Of a DNA stretch of 64,000 nt, positions 37,301 to 51,500 are shown piece after piece. The stretch comes from Orbicella franksi (lineage: Eukaryota): positions 22,320,001-22,384,000 of the forward strand of contig OZ116708.1 in assembly GCA_964199315.1 (NCBI GenBank). Direction: 5' to 3'. The translations under genes and the position numbers were made by a program. A model generated the notes under the pieces. The model ran no database searches, had not been told where the DNA came from, and saw nothing but the letters and a program-made list of their open reading frames with translations. Position 1 is the stretch's first letter. Each line of letters begins with the position of its first letter.

Positions 37301-38244
37301 TTGTCTCGGCCACTAAGAAGAAGATTAAAACTGCTAGAGGTCATTTTGGGGTTAAGAAAGGAAACGAAACGAAAACCAGCGAAAGGCTGAGTGTTGATGA
37401 TGCGACGGTTAATCACAAAGGTGAGGCGAAGCTTGAAGTGAAACCGAATGCTTACGAGAAGGAAAGCATGCAGCATTTGAACGAGTTGTTCAAAGGAGAT
37501 CAGAAAGAACGAAAAGAGGTCAGACAGATCACAGAGGAGGAACACCCTACAAAGACTGCTAGTAAAGATGTCGAAACTGCTAGTAAAGAAGTAGAAACTG
37601 CAAGTAAGGAAGTCGAAACTAAAAGGACAAAGGAGAAGTTTTCAAGTGAAAAGCAAAACGAAGAGAAGAAAGATCGAGTTGTGGATGAAAAACCAGCTAA
37701 AAAGGACAAGAAAGTCGCGCCGTTAAACACGCGTAAAATCCAACATGTCGGATTGAACGGCGAAGTATCATCGTTAGAAACTGGAAAATCCAAGAAAAAT
37801 CCGTCTGTAGTATTCGGATTCAATTCTGGTCGTAAACCGCCTAAAGTTACGGTTGTGGAATCCTCATCATTGAAAGTGACCGCCGCGAACAATGAAACAC
37901 CTCTTAGACCTGTGAAGGTCGTGGACAGAAAGAGCGCTTCTGTTCTCGATACGGGTGCGGGTACCTTCAGTGGTACCGGACGGGTGTTTACCCGCTCGAA
38001 TCACGGGTCGAGTAACTCTAACAACAGTTCGTGGCTAATGGAGGAAGACAAGAGATGTAAATATCCCGATAACTTCAGACCTTTTCCTCAGCGAAACAAG
38101 CAACCGAGCAGAAGCCGGATTCTTTACGGTCACTTGTCGGACAAAGGTGCGAAGCGAATGGACGCATTTCAGGGCAGAAAGGAAACTCGACAAGGTTTTA
38201 ACGGAGTTGCTGTCAATGGGACAACAGATAGCAAACGAAGTTAG
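25375..38244 (+). CDS. TBC1D30: TBC1 domain family member 30 (Rab GTPase-activating protein)
   Basis: Exons 25375-25798 (alternative ATG 25411), 26219-26383, 29276-29337, 31307-31372, 32491-32610, 33863-34048, 34629-34972, 35656-35761 and 36799-38244 splice in frame. TBC motifs IVKDLHRT, GYCQGFN and MQWFLTLF..LRVWD are present, plus TBC1D30-type SIVDCLLFEIY and YALAPFPLPGLAELREQYTYNINPF. Confidence 0.92.
27180..28120. repeat. Diverged tandem duplication (~670-bp period) in TBC1D30 intron 2
   Basis: gctccaaattggcaacat...ttgcaagtgacaacc...agaagcaac.tttttatacacacttttgtgttt occurs twice. Confidence 0.7.
32298..32450. mobile_element. Short palindromic MITE (tagagcagttttcaattgagtgtcg ... acactcaaatgaaaaccgctcta); related copy from ~32040
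   Basis: Inverted termini and internal aaaacc repeats. Confidence 0.55.
33550..33812 (+). mobile_element. tRNA-derived SINE
   Basis: B-box-like ggttcgagtcc followed by the conserved ggcaag.c.ct.tactctcacagtgcctttctcca...ggt.tataaatgg core; further copies at ~34131-34447 and a degenerate one at ~31545-31760. Confidence 0.7.
34131..34447 (+). mobile_element. tRNA-derived SINE, second copy
   Basis: ggttcgagccc B-box, the same central core and the tgcagacttt tail. Confidence 0.7.
34996..35253. repeat. Compound (GAGT/CAGT)n microsatellite
   Basis: About 260 bp of tetranucleotide units directly after TBC1D30 exon 7. Confidence 0.95.
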
Positions 38245-40283
38245 CCTTAACATTACTTTTGCTCACTTTTGAATGAAATCACGAAATTGTTATCAAAGAA
38301 CGTAACTCAAAAAATGATCTCTCGCACAGTCGAAGGAGCGAACATTCGGAGTTTCCGTAATGCTTCCGTTCGGAGAACGAGCGAGAATCGGAAACTCTTC
38401 GAGTCCGATGATTCGCTACACGTGACGTGACTTTCGGACCGCCCGTGCTACTTCCGATTTGACAACTAGAATCGTTAACTCTTCGGCTGGGACAATTTAC
38501 AAAAAACGGCATGAGATGTAACCTGATCCTCGTAGGAAAAGATGGCGCCCGCACATTTTACTACAATACCATGCGAGCATCACCAGGAAAGCCATATTTT
38601 TGCGATATTTCTCGCCGTGCTAACGACACTGTGTATGTTAGGTTTGAAGATTTTGGAACTTTTCTGTACGTTTTTATGGGTGTTGTTTAAGTTTTCGAGC
38701 GCTAGGTATTTTTGGTAAATGAACCAGTCGCCATCCTTTTTCCTACCAAGGATTAGAAGCGATAATTTTTATTAAAGTAGTGTTCGGTTACTATGTTGTC
38801 CGTAAATGGCACTCGTTCCGGAGACTGTGCATAGGTTGTTGTTGTAAGACGTTTACAGGCAAAATGTGAAAGTTCATCGCAAGCATACTCAAACGAAAAT
38901 CGTATTATCATGAGTAGAAGCCGGAAATGGTTTTTATGTGACAACCCGAACTAACAGACAAAGTTGGATAGCGAGAGAACGGAAAAAAAGAGTTGAGAGG
39001 TAGAATTTATGATTAGTTTCCATAACAACCAGAATTAACACAATAATTATCCTAAAATATTTTATAATGTACCTTAATCATTCAAAGATAAATTAGAATG
39101 TCATAACTTACATATATATAAATCATCAATTCAGTGGTATAAGATGGGAATTACATTTTCGACGGGGGGGAGATTCTGACTGAAATTTTCAGAACTTTGA
39201 ACATTTTCTGCTGGTTACATGTTAGTTAGTTTCATTCTTTTCCCTCATTCTTTATACTCGGCAGGAATTTTTCTTTTCATTTGTTGCTCTCCTTCCTCAA
39301 AAATGCAATGGTCCATCCTTCATTAAAATTGGAGGGCCATATTTTTTAGGGTAAAACAATTTTCATGTCACATCTGTGGGTTACTATATGTATAAAATAG
39401 TGAAAATTATTGTAAAATGAGTATATTTTTGGAGGCCTTTGGAACTCTTTCATGCCTTTTATGCCTTATGCCCATGTATATCTCATGTATTTAAACTGTA
39501 ATTGAAAATATATTTAAAATAGGCCTTATCTTTAAGGTGCTAGTATTTAAGGGCTCGGTTAATTAGAATATTGAACATTACTTGAGGTGTGTTTCATCTG
39601 TGACTTAGGCTTTCTTATCGCGAGTGTTCACATGACTTCACGGTGGCCATATCAGTGTACCGAATCAATGAAAAGGCGGCCATGTTGGGCGCCGTCCACA
39701 GTGCGCCGAAGGAATTTGAAAACGGGGTTTTCACTCTGAAAACAGTTAAAATGTTTTCGTCTGCACTACGCCGGAGAAATTTGATTTGTAATTTTATAAG
39801 ATGTACATGACATATTTATTCCTAGATGACAAACGCGAAGAAATCAAAGGCTAGTATGGAAAAGACTGTGTGAAAGAATAGGACTCAGAAGGACATAAAC
39901 CGAAAGTCAACAAACTGAACTATTTTATTGGTTTAGAAAAGATAAAATAAAAATTTACCTTGAAATAATGTGAGAGTGTGATTATGTTCATTGCCGAAAT
40001 TATTTCAGTTGCGTCTTTTGCATCAGTGTAATGAACTGTGTTAAAGAAGTTTTAAATGCTTACACATCATTTAAATGCTTATACATCTCCCTTAAAAGGG
40101 TGAGAAGTTATCGCGAAGCTTGTCAAGTACATAATAGTGTTCTCGAATCGTAAGAAGCCCCTTGGCCATCAGCGAGGTTTCTCTTAATCTGAAATAACTG
40201 AGCGACAATTCAACGTCTAATAGCACGGATAAGATTCGCGACTGCATTCTTGTTCCGTGCTTTCGATCATTTCTGTGAGTGGA

Positions 40284-43200
40284 TTACAATAATCCGTTGA
40301 AAATTCCCGTAAAGGCGTCTTGTTCCTCGTGATCTTTTTCACAACTAGAAAAGGAAAGCAACAATTAAGAAGTATTAGATGGCCTTGAGTTAGCCATACA
40401 GCACTCTTGATATCAATGAAAGAAGTAGTATAGGCAATTGGATGTGCTTGTGAGTGAGCGAATGAGTTTTAAAGACTGCTCACTCTCAAAGGTAGCAAAA
40501 AAACCTAAGTAAATAAAAAGAATGGAGCCAGGAGGTCGTATCAACGTCGCACCTAATTGAAATCACCAATCACGTTGAGTCGTTTAATATCTTTCCCTAT
40601 GCTGCTATTTAGTAGCAAGATTTTCGCGTCCCTTTCAGAAGGGACAGTACGAGTTGAACCAGTTGTCCGTTTGACTGAAATAATTCGAACAGTGATGTGG
40701 CATTACAGTTAACTAGAAACTTACCTCTTGAATGATTTGGAAGAGAAGAAAGAAGAAGAGATGGGGCTGAAAGAAAAGGGATAAAGTGTCAACACATGCT
40801 TACTCGTTGTACCACTACCATGAGAATGCTACATATATGTCATGAATTGTATTTGGTGAAATGCCTGGCTTTATGGTACATGTTAAGCCTAGTTCACACT
40901 AGCGACATAACGTAATAAGGACGTTATGTCGTTAAGTTTGCAGTGTGAACATCCTGACGTAATGACATAACAGCAAGATACATTAACGGCATGAAACACA
41001 ACGACATAAGGAAAACAAGTGATATTTTCGTTAATCTTTATGTCCATGTTCACATTACCGTCACTAGTGTGAACTAGGCCTTAGTTGCGTGTGAGTCAAA
41101 ATTAGTCACATGCTATCATTGTGAAAGATTGCAATGGTGCGATCGATACTTTGCATACAACGTCGCACTTAAGGGGAAAACTGTACGCAAGTTACGAAAC
41201 GTATGGTTACTTAAACAGTGCTGGATTGTCTGACATTCATCACAATAATTGATTTACCTTTGTTCACATCGATTTGTGCTGAAATCGTCGTCGATCATAG
41301 GAACGCTTTCTTCTTCTAAGCAAATTGTCTCTTTCATCTCCAAGGGTTCCAACGTGGTTGAGCTCAACATGCTTTGGAGATTTTCGCTGGATTGCTGGTT
41401 TGAGCTTGAAGAGTTTCTTCGCTGAAGAGGTTTAGTAAACACGGGCAAAATATCCCATTCTTCTTTCTCTAACCCAACAGGTAGAGGATCGTGTGTTAAT
41501 GTGCTCCAGTTTTGACGCAGGGCGACTCTTTCAGTTGTGCCATCTTTAAACTGCTCTTCATTCCAATTTTCATTGTATGCACGCCTTGCGGACCGCCCAC
41601 GACCAGTCATCTCAAAATCATCCGCTCCAGGGGTGGGTGGCGGGGGCGGCAATGGATGTGAAATTCGTTTGGGGTTCTCCTTGGGTTGACTGTACATGTG
41701 ATCAACTGATAAAGAGGTATTATATGCTACTTTCGCTTTCGGCCGTGTTATAAATTGTGAACTCGGCAGGAGTCGTTTGTTGACTTTATCGGACGTCCTA
41801 CTTTTGACTTTTTGACTTTTGACATTTGAATTACCTTGATGCCTTTCAGCGGTAGTGAACTGGTGAGACTGCGAAGAATTGTTCGCCCTTTCCAATGAGT
41901 TCTGGTCTGGTGGGCTGGCAAAGCTATCACTGTCATCATTTAAAATCAAGGCAAGTTCGTCGTCATTCCATAACTCGTCAACGCTAAAGCAGGGTAACTC
42001 ATCAGCAAAATGATCTGATGAAATAAAACAAAGCTTGTTTTTTTTTTTTTTTGGAAAGAAGCATTCTTATTACTCTTTCCATTATGTAAGCCATGTAACA
42101 TATCTCTCGTGCAAGACACAAACAAACGAACAAACCAACCAACCAACCAACAAACAAACAAACAAATAAACCAAAAAACAAACACTTTATAAGCATTCTG
42201 ATTTGGTGTACTCTCCAAGACAGGAATAAGGGTCACATTTTTTTTACAATACAGCGACTTGCATTACTTACAATACTGACACCTACCGTTACAACTACCA
42301 TTACAATACATCCACTTACACAACTTAGAATACAACACAGCTACTTTACACCACATGCAATACTTGTAAAGCTACCAGAAGCTATTTTACATTGTTTACA
42401 ATACTAGTCCTTCACACTACTTACAATACTATTTACGACACTGATTCAGGTACTTTACACTAATAAAGGTCCCATAGACGTCAATACTTATTTTAATGAG
42501 CAATAACAGACAGGTTTACCATCGTCTTCAAAATCTTCCCCCATATCTTGGTATTTTTCCATTTGCTGTTGGTGCCAGTCAATTTCGTCCCAACAACTTT
42601 CACCAGGAGCTATTTTCGTAACAGAGTCAACGTCCTCGACCTTCACTACAGCGGTATCCACCTGATGGTGAAATGGCGTCTTGCGAGAGTACCCAAATCT
42701 TTCATCAAGAGTTAAATCCACGAAACTGGTTTCTCCAGTCTCTTGCCCTGACATCTTAACAACAGAAATTTCATTAGGTAGCACCATTGCATTGTATCGA
42801 TCGTAATACCCTATGTGGTTATCCAAAATAAAATACATACTAAAAGAAATTCATTTTACTTTAAGTCACTAATCAGGACTCTCCCTCATAGAGTTTTAAC
42901 AGTGAAAAAATAACTACTGATGGTCTATTGGAAATTGGCATTCAGATTGGTATTTCAAATAAATTTAATCTGTTTTTCCATTTTTAAAAGTCAATATTGC
43001 AAAAATTATTTTACTTTTATTCGAATGGAGGTAAGAAAGCAAGGGGGTACAGGAAGGTAAAAGAGGACTAATTAGATAGAAATGATCGGACAACCGAACT
43101 CGCTGTATAAAATAACTGAGATGCTACGCGCGCTCTCATTGGTCGATAGGTGTGTTAGATGAAAGGATGTAAACACGGTTGTGACGTTTTAGATTCGCGC

Positions 43201-45247
43201 GCATTCTTGAAAAATATGTTACAATATAAACATCAGGGCCGGGGGTTGGGTGACTTCTCTTCTTGGTTTGCATACTGTCTCGAATTCTCCGATCCCCCCG
43301 TGTTTAGATAAGACTATGCAAACACGAAAAAAGTGCTCTATTGCTTAGATAACATGAGAGTAGTTAGCTACTCGATAGTTACCTTCAGACGTTTAGCTGG
43401 TGTTCCAGGGATCGCTTGAGTTCTTTGGTGAAGATTTTTCAAGAACATGTCTATGTTACTTCTCTCTTCTGCATTCTTTCTGACTACATCTGTAAAACAG
43501 CCTAAGTTACCAATAGAGCTCTCCGTGCATGGCTAGCTATGGCTGCTAACATGCTGAGACTTTACTTTGTTTTGGTAATGGTTATTCAACTTATTCAACC
43601 CCTGCACGGCCCCCTGCACATAACCTGAAATTTCATTCGTCCCATCTAATCTTAGAAAACCACCAGCTTCGTAATAACAAATAAATATATAACGGGGTCC
43701 CAAATTTAACGTTCACTCTGATGTAGAGAGTCTTGTAAATTTTGACTGTTTACATATGGTCTGATGTCATTTGATAAATAATCAGAGGCTTATATTGAGA
43801 CACCATTTGTTTCAATCCATTTTAAGGCATTTTTGCCCTTGCATTAGGCGTAGGATTTGTCGTATTAAGTACACTCGCATAATGCAAGCAGTGGAGACGC
43901 GCGCCAACGGTCCTGACCATCATTAGGTGATTGATTATCTTGTATTCGACTTAGTTGCGGGTTGAAAGCGAGTTACCTTTGGTTGGTGTACTCTTGGATG
44001 GTAAACGGTTTGGTTCCTCATTCTGGTCTATCTAAACGGTGAAGTTAGGAATGTTCTATTAACCTTTCTGTACTAAAGTAAGCTAAGCTTTAAAGTAGCA
44101 CTGTTTATTGCGCTGTTTAAGGTGGATCTAACTTTCATTTCTGTAGTATATCTAGCAGTAATTTCATGTGGTGCTGTTATGATTCTTCGAAGTGAAGCCT
44201 GGTGGTTGTGGACTGGTCGTGTTTTCATGGTTAGGTAAAGAGTTTAGGAAGACAAAAAGTAACTTACTTCTGGCCTCTTTTTCTTGGCTTTGGAGACCAC
44301 GCCTTGCTTGCAGCATTCATGGCCACATGTGGGTTGCATTAAGGAAGCAACATTACTTTCAAGCTCTTTCAATTGGTGAAACATAGTATTAGAGTGTTTT
44401 ATTTTGTTTCGTTGTACGTGTTTTTCTTTTGCTGAAACGTTGATCAGTTTACCCAAGGGAGGTGCAGGGAACTGATGGGCCCGGAGTCGAGTAGCTGTAG
44501 CGGGGCTAGTGACGTTAGTTATATCGGCTTCAGTTGGATAGGAGGAAGTTAACCACATTGTACCTAAAACCTATCACTCCCATAGTTTCTCTCTACTTCG
44601 GAGAAATGAATAAATCAAAATTAAAGGAACAAGCTAAAAAAATGTGCTAGGTAATGCAATTACTACAAACACCCTTCTTCAGAGGTGAGGGAGGGTAAGT
44701 TAATAACCAGTCATAGATCAGACTAGCTTCCATTTTAGAGGGAAGAGGAAAGTAGCATTAGCATATGTTCATGCTATAGAGGGTGGAGATAAATGTATGC
44801 TTCGGCCTGATTAGCTACTAGGCTTGAATAAGAATTTACTTGAAAAAAAAAAAACAAAAAATAAAACAAACAAACAAAAACAAAAACAAACAGACAAATA
44901 AATAAAGATCTATTAGAGCTAAAAGTTATTCCATACGCTACTGTTCAATTTCAAGAGAACAGTGGTGAACTGTTAGAATCTTAATGAACTGAAGAACTGA
45001 ATCAATGAATGAGGCCATTATCAATGGAAAACTCAGTGAGTGGTTTTCATAGTTGCTTTACTCAGTCTTCAAAGGATATACTTCCTTGTTTAGGCAGCGA
45101 TGACTGCAAGGAACTCTGGGCGTGCCGACTTTGGATGAAGCGCCGCTTGTCGTTTCTGATGATATAAAACGAAGTGAAAGTGAAGAATAATCATCGCAGT
45201 AAATTTCCAATTTAAGTAATTGGAAAGAAGAAGCCTGAAAAAATCAA

Positions 45248-45280
<33 letters not shown>

Positions 45281-45425
45281 GATACCGGTGCGATGCTCTA
45301 CCAACTGAGCTATGAAGCCATACATTGGGAGCGAGGTCAATAGATTGAATTCATATCTTCCCGTGAGGAGTGAAATGACGTGAAGTGTATATGAAATAAT
45401 TCATATTTGAACTGCTGTTGTAGAT

Positions 45426-45475
<50 letters not shown>

Positions 45476-45504
45476 AGAAGCCTTGATTTTTTCAGGCTTC
45501 TTCT

Positions 45505-45554
<50 letters not shown>

Positions 45555-48500
45555 ATCTACAACCGCAGTTCAAATATGAATTATTTCATACATACTTGAC
45601 GTCATAAAACGATGTGTCCAACATTGTAATGATAACTAACGACAGGGTAATCAAACAAAATCATAGTAATAGGCCATTTCCGAGTTACCTTGTGTCTCTA
45701 GATCTGTTTCAAAATGAGTCCTCGTGCAAAGTCTCATATGAATTTGAATTCAAATGAATTTGATTTACATGAAAAATAAACCTCTAGCCGGAACACATTT
45801 GAATGGTTTACCAAGAAGACTCGTTTTGACACAGAGGCAAAAGCCAACTCGTAAATGGCCAATTACATTTTATGATGAGCCTAACATCTTTACCTGTAAA
45901 TATAATTTAAGAGGCCCTCTAATGTTATGAAAAGTGCAAACGTGATATTTACCCATGATCATTAACCCGAGTCTCAACAGGCAATGATATCTGCAGAACA
46001 AAAAAGCAGTTGCATATTTTTAAACTCACCTGAATTGGTTGCAATACCTTTCGCGATTTTAGGAGTAATTGCCGATGGTTCTCTTTTCATCTGTTATACA
46101 AATAGAAAACCACACCCACTAAATGACAATCGAACTGTCGTAAAACAGAAATTGAAATTTGTAACAACAAAAACAGCAATAACGACCACGACCACAACAA
46201 AAACAACAAAAATGCATCCGAAGACAGTTGTTAGTAGAGACGTTATATTGTCTCTAATATAAAGATTGATAGTTATTCTACTCACGACAATATAGGGCCC
46301 AACGCCAGTGTAGTGAGGTGAGAAGATTTTACTCACGTCCAGACCAACTGAAAATGAGAAATATAACCTCTCTTCAGTCTCCCTAATCATCATTAAAAAA
46401 TCGTAAAACGTTTTTAAATTCCCAAAGTTATATGTGGGGAGAAAATAAAAATCATATCTCATATCTCATAAATCATACACCAAGGCAACACCCCTCCAGC
46501 CTCGCCGCTTCATTTATTTAGCTTCTAAAAGGCTTTACACTCAGTTTAACATATTTTTTTTATTTAGTCCTGTTTTACAAGTGAATATACGAAATTTCAT
46601 ATATTTGAACTGCAGAGAATGATATGAATTCGAAAAAAAAAAAATTCAGGCCAGAATGGGATCCCGTTCAGGCCTGAACTTTTTTCAGGCTTTAATTTCG
46701 CAACTGCTTAAGTTGTGTGCATAACTGCGATGATCGATCATATCTTTAGTCCTGTTTTGTTATGACTGATAATATCAAGTGTAGTGATACCGTATTCTTG
46801 ACTGATGAGGTGTATATTGAGTTCTGAGGACTTAACGGCTGCCCGCTGTACATCCACTCGTTTACTCCAGCAACCCTCCTTCATGAACACAGCGTCACTA
46901 ATAAAGAGTGAAGCCTCAAGTTAACGTAATGTCTAATGGAAGACAAATATCCTTGCAAATCATATATGTGGTTACAGTCGAACCTCTGATAACGGGCACT
47001 ACGTGCGGATCCACTATTAACTTCGCCGCATCAGCGGAAATTTCCCAACGTGCATACTGTTTTCTCTTCACAAGGGCGGTCGTTTACAGGAGGTTCGACT
47101 GCTTGTACTAAAAATCGATTTCCCTTCTGCCTGCAAATTCCTCAAATTTTATTTTAAAAAAATATTTCACGGGATTTCGCGAGTCGATCTCAGGCTACCA
47201 GACTTTGAATATCTCAAAGGTTCAATAAAGCATTTTGCACTGTGTTTGTCCCATTACCAGTACTCCCCTAATGACTAGGGAAGAGGTACAGATCCGTTCA
47301 TACAGTTTTATGATAGTCCGGAAGGTCGATTGGATCTTTTAGACTACTTAGATTTTTAAAATCCATTACCTTAATCTCTGTTTGAATACCACTTTGTTAT
47401 CAGCATCAGAAATCAACACAAGACAAAAGTGATTGTTCCGTCTTGAGCCAATGACGTCTCTTCGTTTGATGTAGTTCGTCATGGTTAGATTGATCACTAT
47501 CTCTGCTCGGTTAGGCTGGTGTCTTCCAGTCTGTGTACAAAAACATTAACAAAACACTTTGTGACATAGCAAATGCTTCAGGGTTGAAGTAAGGAAAATA
47601 GGACTGAGCAGTCTAATCCCGTGAGAAACTCCAAAATCGGACGAGCGCGAAGCGCAAAACGGATCGAAAATTACGAGTATGAGCACAGCTGAATTGCTCG
47701 ATACGAAAGAGATTAATGATTGTTTTTAGCGTCATTTGATGTTTGATTTTTAATAATTTACCTGTTGAACAGACAGCTCATACTTGGGCAGACTCGAAGC
47801 TGATTCACGAATCTGAAGCAAAATGAGCAGTTACAGTAATAACATGAGTTAGCCTCGCTAGAAGGTAAAACTGTATACTTATGCGTAAACCTGTTTACCG
47901 AAGCTCATAGGAACTCGCGAATCCAAATCATACTTAATACAATATCATTCTGATTTTCCCGTAAGATGGGAGAAGGAAACAGGTATACCTGGCTTCCAAA
48001 AGGTGGATGACGGTTCACGATCTGAAAGGTAAATGGAACGAGACGCTTGGTCGCAATATCATTGTAAATGAAAGATCGAAATGAAGAAAAACATTTCAGT
48101 TATCAGTAGTACAATCTGAGTACCATTTCGATTTCTCGAGGATTTGTCTCTTCAATTTTCTTAAAGGTTATCAATCCAGCGTTGACCATCATTGTGGATA
48201 AAGAAGGTCCTAAATGAAAACAAAAGACAGTAACGAAAACTGAAATCACGCGGAATAAGCCAATCAAAACATAAAAAAGTTACTTCACCTTCAGTGAGGC
48301 ATTGGTAACGCATAACGCTTCCCAAAGTACATGTATTATATAAGGTCTGGGGGATTAGGTCTTTATGCATCTTGGAAATCAGATTTCGCTATATGTGTGG
48401 TGGTTAAAGAATTACATATTGTAGACATGTATTTTTGGCGACCAACTTGATTTTGTGCCCTTTTACGTCGTTACCATTAGTAGAATTCATCTCTGTGCCT

Positions 48501-51500
48501 ACAAATAAACATAGGTAATCGTATAAATGAATTTACACTGAGGGTGATATCTGAAAATTCTCTCAAAATTGCACGAGCCTTTAGGCGAGTGCAATTTGAA
48601 AGAATTTTCAAATATCACGAGTAGTGTAAATTCCTAATCGCTTGAGCTTTCATACGATTACTCATTTATTATATGATTGAGAAATTTACAAACACGCGCG
48701 CATAAATTTGCAATGCAGTGCAAAATCAACGATAAATTTACCTGCTCTCAGCCAATCACAATACGGCAATTTTCTATGTCATATTATAAGAGATTAAATC
48801 TTACCGACTTTTTCCAGTTGCTTTGAAACAAACTTGGAATTCTCCCATAATCTGTCGACATATGCGGAATGAGTAGTATTTTACTGAGCTAATTTACAGT
48901 CTTATAAATTGGTAATGAGATCATAACTGGAAATAGTATATACATCATTACCTGGCTTTCATACACTTTGCAAGAGTGACTGAGTTTTGCAGTGACGTGA
49001 AATCGTTCTTCAACATTTGAAGCTCTGTCAAACCTGAGGAGGTAAAACGTTCACGTAATGTCAAGCCTAACGTGAACGAGCAAGCTGTCGTTCCTATATC
49101 GGAGTTATGTCAGTGACAATTGAACTTCTTCCGAAACGTCTTAGCACCATCGCCCGCAAATACAGTTGAGGGTCGTCAACAGCCTGTAAACAGGCTCCGG
49201 CTGCAAGGGTCTGACCGTGGCTAGCTGGAAAGTCCTCTTTCTTCCCACTTTCTCTTCGCCCTATCCTCGTCTAGAGAGCCTGTTCACAGCCTAGTCGTCA
49301 ACAATATTGCTGCTGAGTATTTACACTTTATTCTTTACTTACAGCGTGTAATTCTTTGTCCTGCTCGGAAGATTTTCTGGCGAGAGAAAAAAAATACAGT
49401 AACACAATAGAAAACAATATTTGTGACAGTTTTTGTAACATTTTGAAAGAGAAAACTTAACCCTTTCGGTTACGTACAATATATCCTTTAACGTCTAATA
49501 GAGTATTTCTGAAAGTTTGACTGAACATCGACACGATATCACTTCAGTTGATAAACATAAACATCATTATTCTCGTCACTTATCTCCTTGACAGCATATT
49601 AAAATTGTAAGGAGAATTCGGCAGCAAATTACTAGTAGTTGTTAGTCTTAAGAAGTTAATATAGAGAACTTACCGTAACATCTTGGTTCAGAGAAAATTC
49701 CGATATAGCGAGAGAGCCAAGCGTGGCTTGAATGAGGCTGTAGAATGGGAAAAATCGCACACGATAAATGATAATAAATGGCGACTTTATCGATGTAAAC
49801 TAAAAGGCAAAAAATACAAACACCATGAAAAAGGTAGTCGGAAATTCTTACCAATTAACTTTTTGTTCCGTTGTCTTGATTCTTCCATTGATTGGAAACC
49901 TGCTCGTATATAAATGCGTGAAACAGTACTGATTATATGCTGCAGTGCACACGACTTTTGTAAAGTATTCGGTAGCGTTCATACGGTTCTATCAATCGCA
50001 CTAGACACACATCGAGTTCAACTGGTCCAACTATAAAATAGGACGCTCAGGACGTTGCTGACAAAATTGAAAAAGAAAAGCTAATTAATACTTCGGCCCG
50101 ATCCTGCTCTCGTTTCCCGAGAAACAAACTGCGTGGGAAATCCTCGGAGAAGCTAGAGGCGTTTCCGAACCAATCGGAAACGGTACGATATACCACGTGA
50201 ACCTTTTGTCAGCAGTTTTCGCTGGTCTCGTTACATTTAGCAACATCGCTGTTGAAAACCGTTGGCTCAAGAACTTCTCGAAGACACTAGGTTATTTAAA
50301 GGATTAGTGTTACCTTATAGTTTCCATATTTTTGTCCTTGTTAAGAGAATTCAGTGCTCGTTTTTCATTCATTCTTAGCTTAACATCGGAAAATTCCTTG
50401 CATTTTGATACTAAGTCAACCTGCAAATTGCACGATAATACAAGTATAAGCCAAGTGCATCTAGAACGCAAGATTCGATTCGTTTCAAAAACTTCAAAGC
50501 TAGCAAAGCAGAGTTGCTTACCATGTTACTGAGGTTTTCAGTTCCTTTGATTTGAAGGAACTGTTTCATGGAGTCGTAAGCAATACAGTATCTGGCCATT
50601 AGACGACCTGCCTCTGGAATATACGTAAAAAAAAAACATTATTGTTTAGGAGATTAAGATGTATAAAAGGATCTCTGTAAGACATAAGACCTACAATTTA
50701 TTGTCAGAACCCAGTAAGGAATAGGGATAGTAGCTTCTTAGGCTATGTTCACACTTGGTGCCCGAGCACGGTGCCTGAGTACGATTCTCGCTGGGCACTA
50801 ATGTGAACACACCTTGTTTTCCAAGAACGCATACCAGAATTCGAGCTCTTGGTCTAGGCCTTGCACTCGTGTACTTAGTGGTACTTGGAAACTTGGAGCA
50901 CCAGTGTCTAAACGCAGCAGTATTTCGTGCTGGTGCCAGGGCACCAGGGCTCGGGCACCAAGAGTGAACACAGCCTTAGAATTTAAGCCGTCATGGGTTT
51001 GAGCCAGTCAGTTTCGTTTTCAGATAGAAAGATTATATTGCATTCACAGATACTGATCTCACTGAGCTACAGCCAAGTTTATATTGCCTTATTTGGTCTT
51101 CTACCATAATTAAATTCATACACCCACACTCCAATTCTGTAATTCATATCAGAGCTAAGGTATGGTTATGGTATACTATGGTATTTTCATTTACCAGTGG
51201 GCTTGAGATCAAATCCGTCATCCATTTTTATAAGCCCGGCCTTTTCCAGTGTGTTCAGGCTCTTCAAGCAAATGTCTATGCCAAAAAAAAAAATTCAGAG
51301 TTAGTTTAGATTGCCAGTTTCCAACTAAAGAATCTTGACAGCGGACCAAGAAGAACTTGTGATTTCACTCGTTTACTATTTGGGTCATAGGAGCAGATTA
51401 ATGTAGTATTTTCCAAAATTAAATTTAAGAATGATCGAAGGTACCAATTTGAACACCTATAGGAGGGTTCGAAGGCATTTTCCTCAGTCCTGAACTTAAC

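Noticed and set aside
36861-37892. Minus-strand ORFs of 66-145 aa
   Set aside because: They are antisense to the TBC1D30 terminal exon and have no independent signal.
45248-45319. Functional tRNA-Thr gene
   Set aside because: It is embedded in a repeat with duplicated arms, and GGT anticodons are atypical for eukaryotic tRNA-Thr; treated as repeat-borne until scored.
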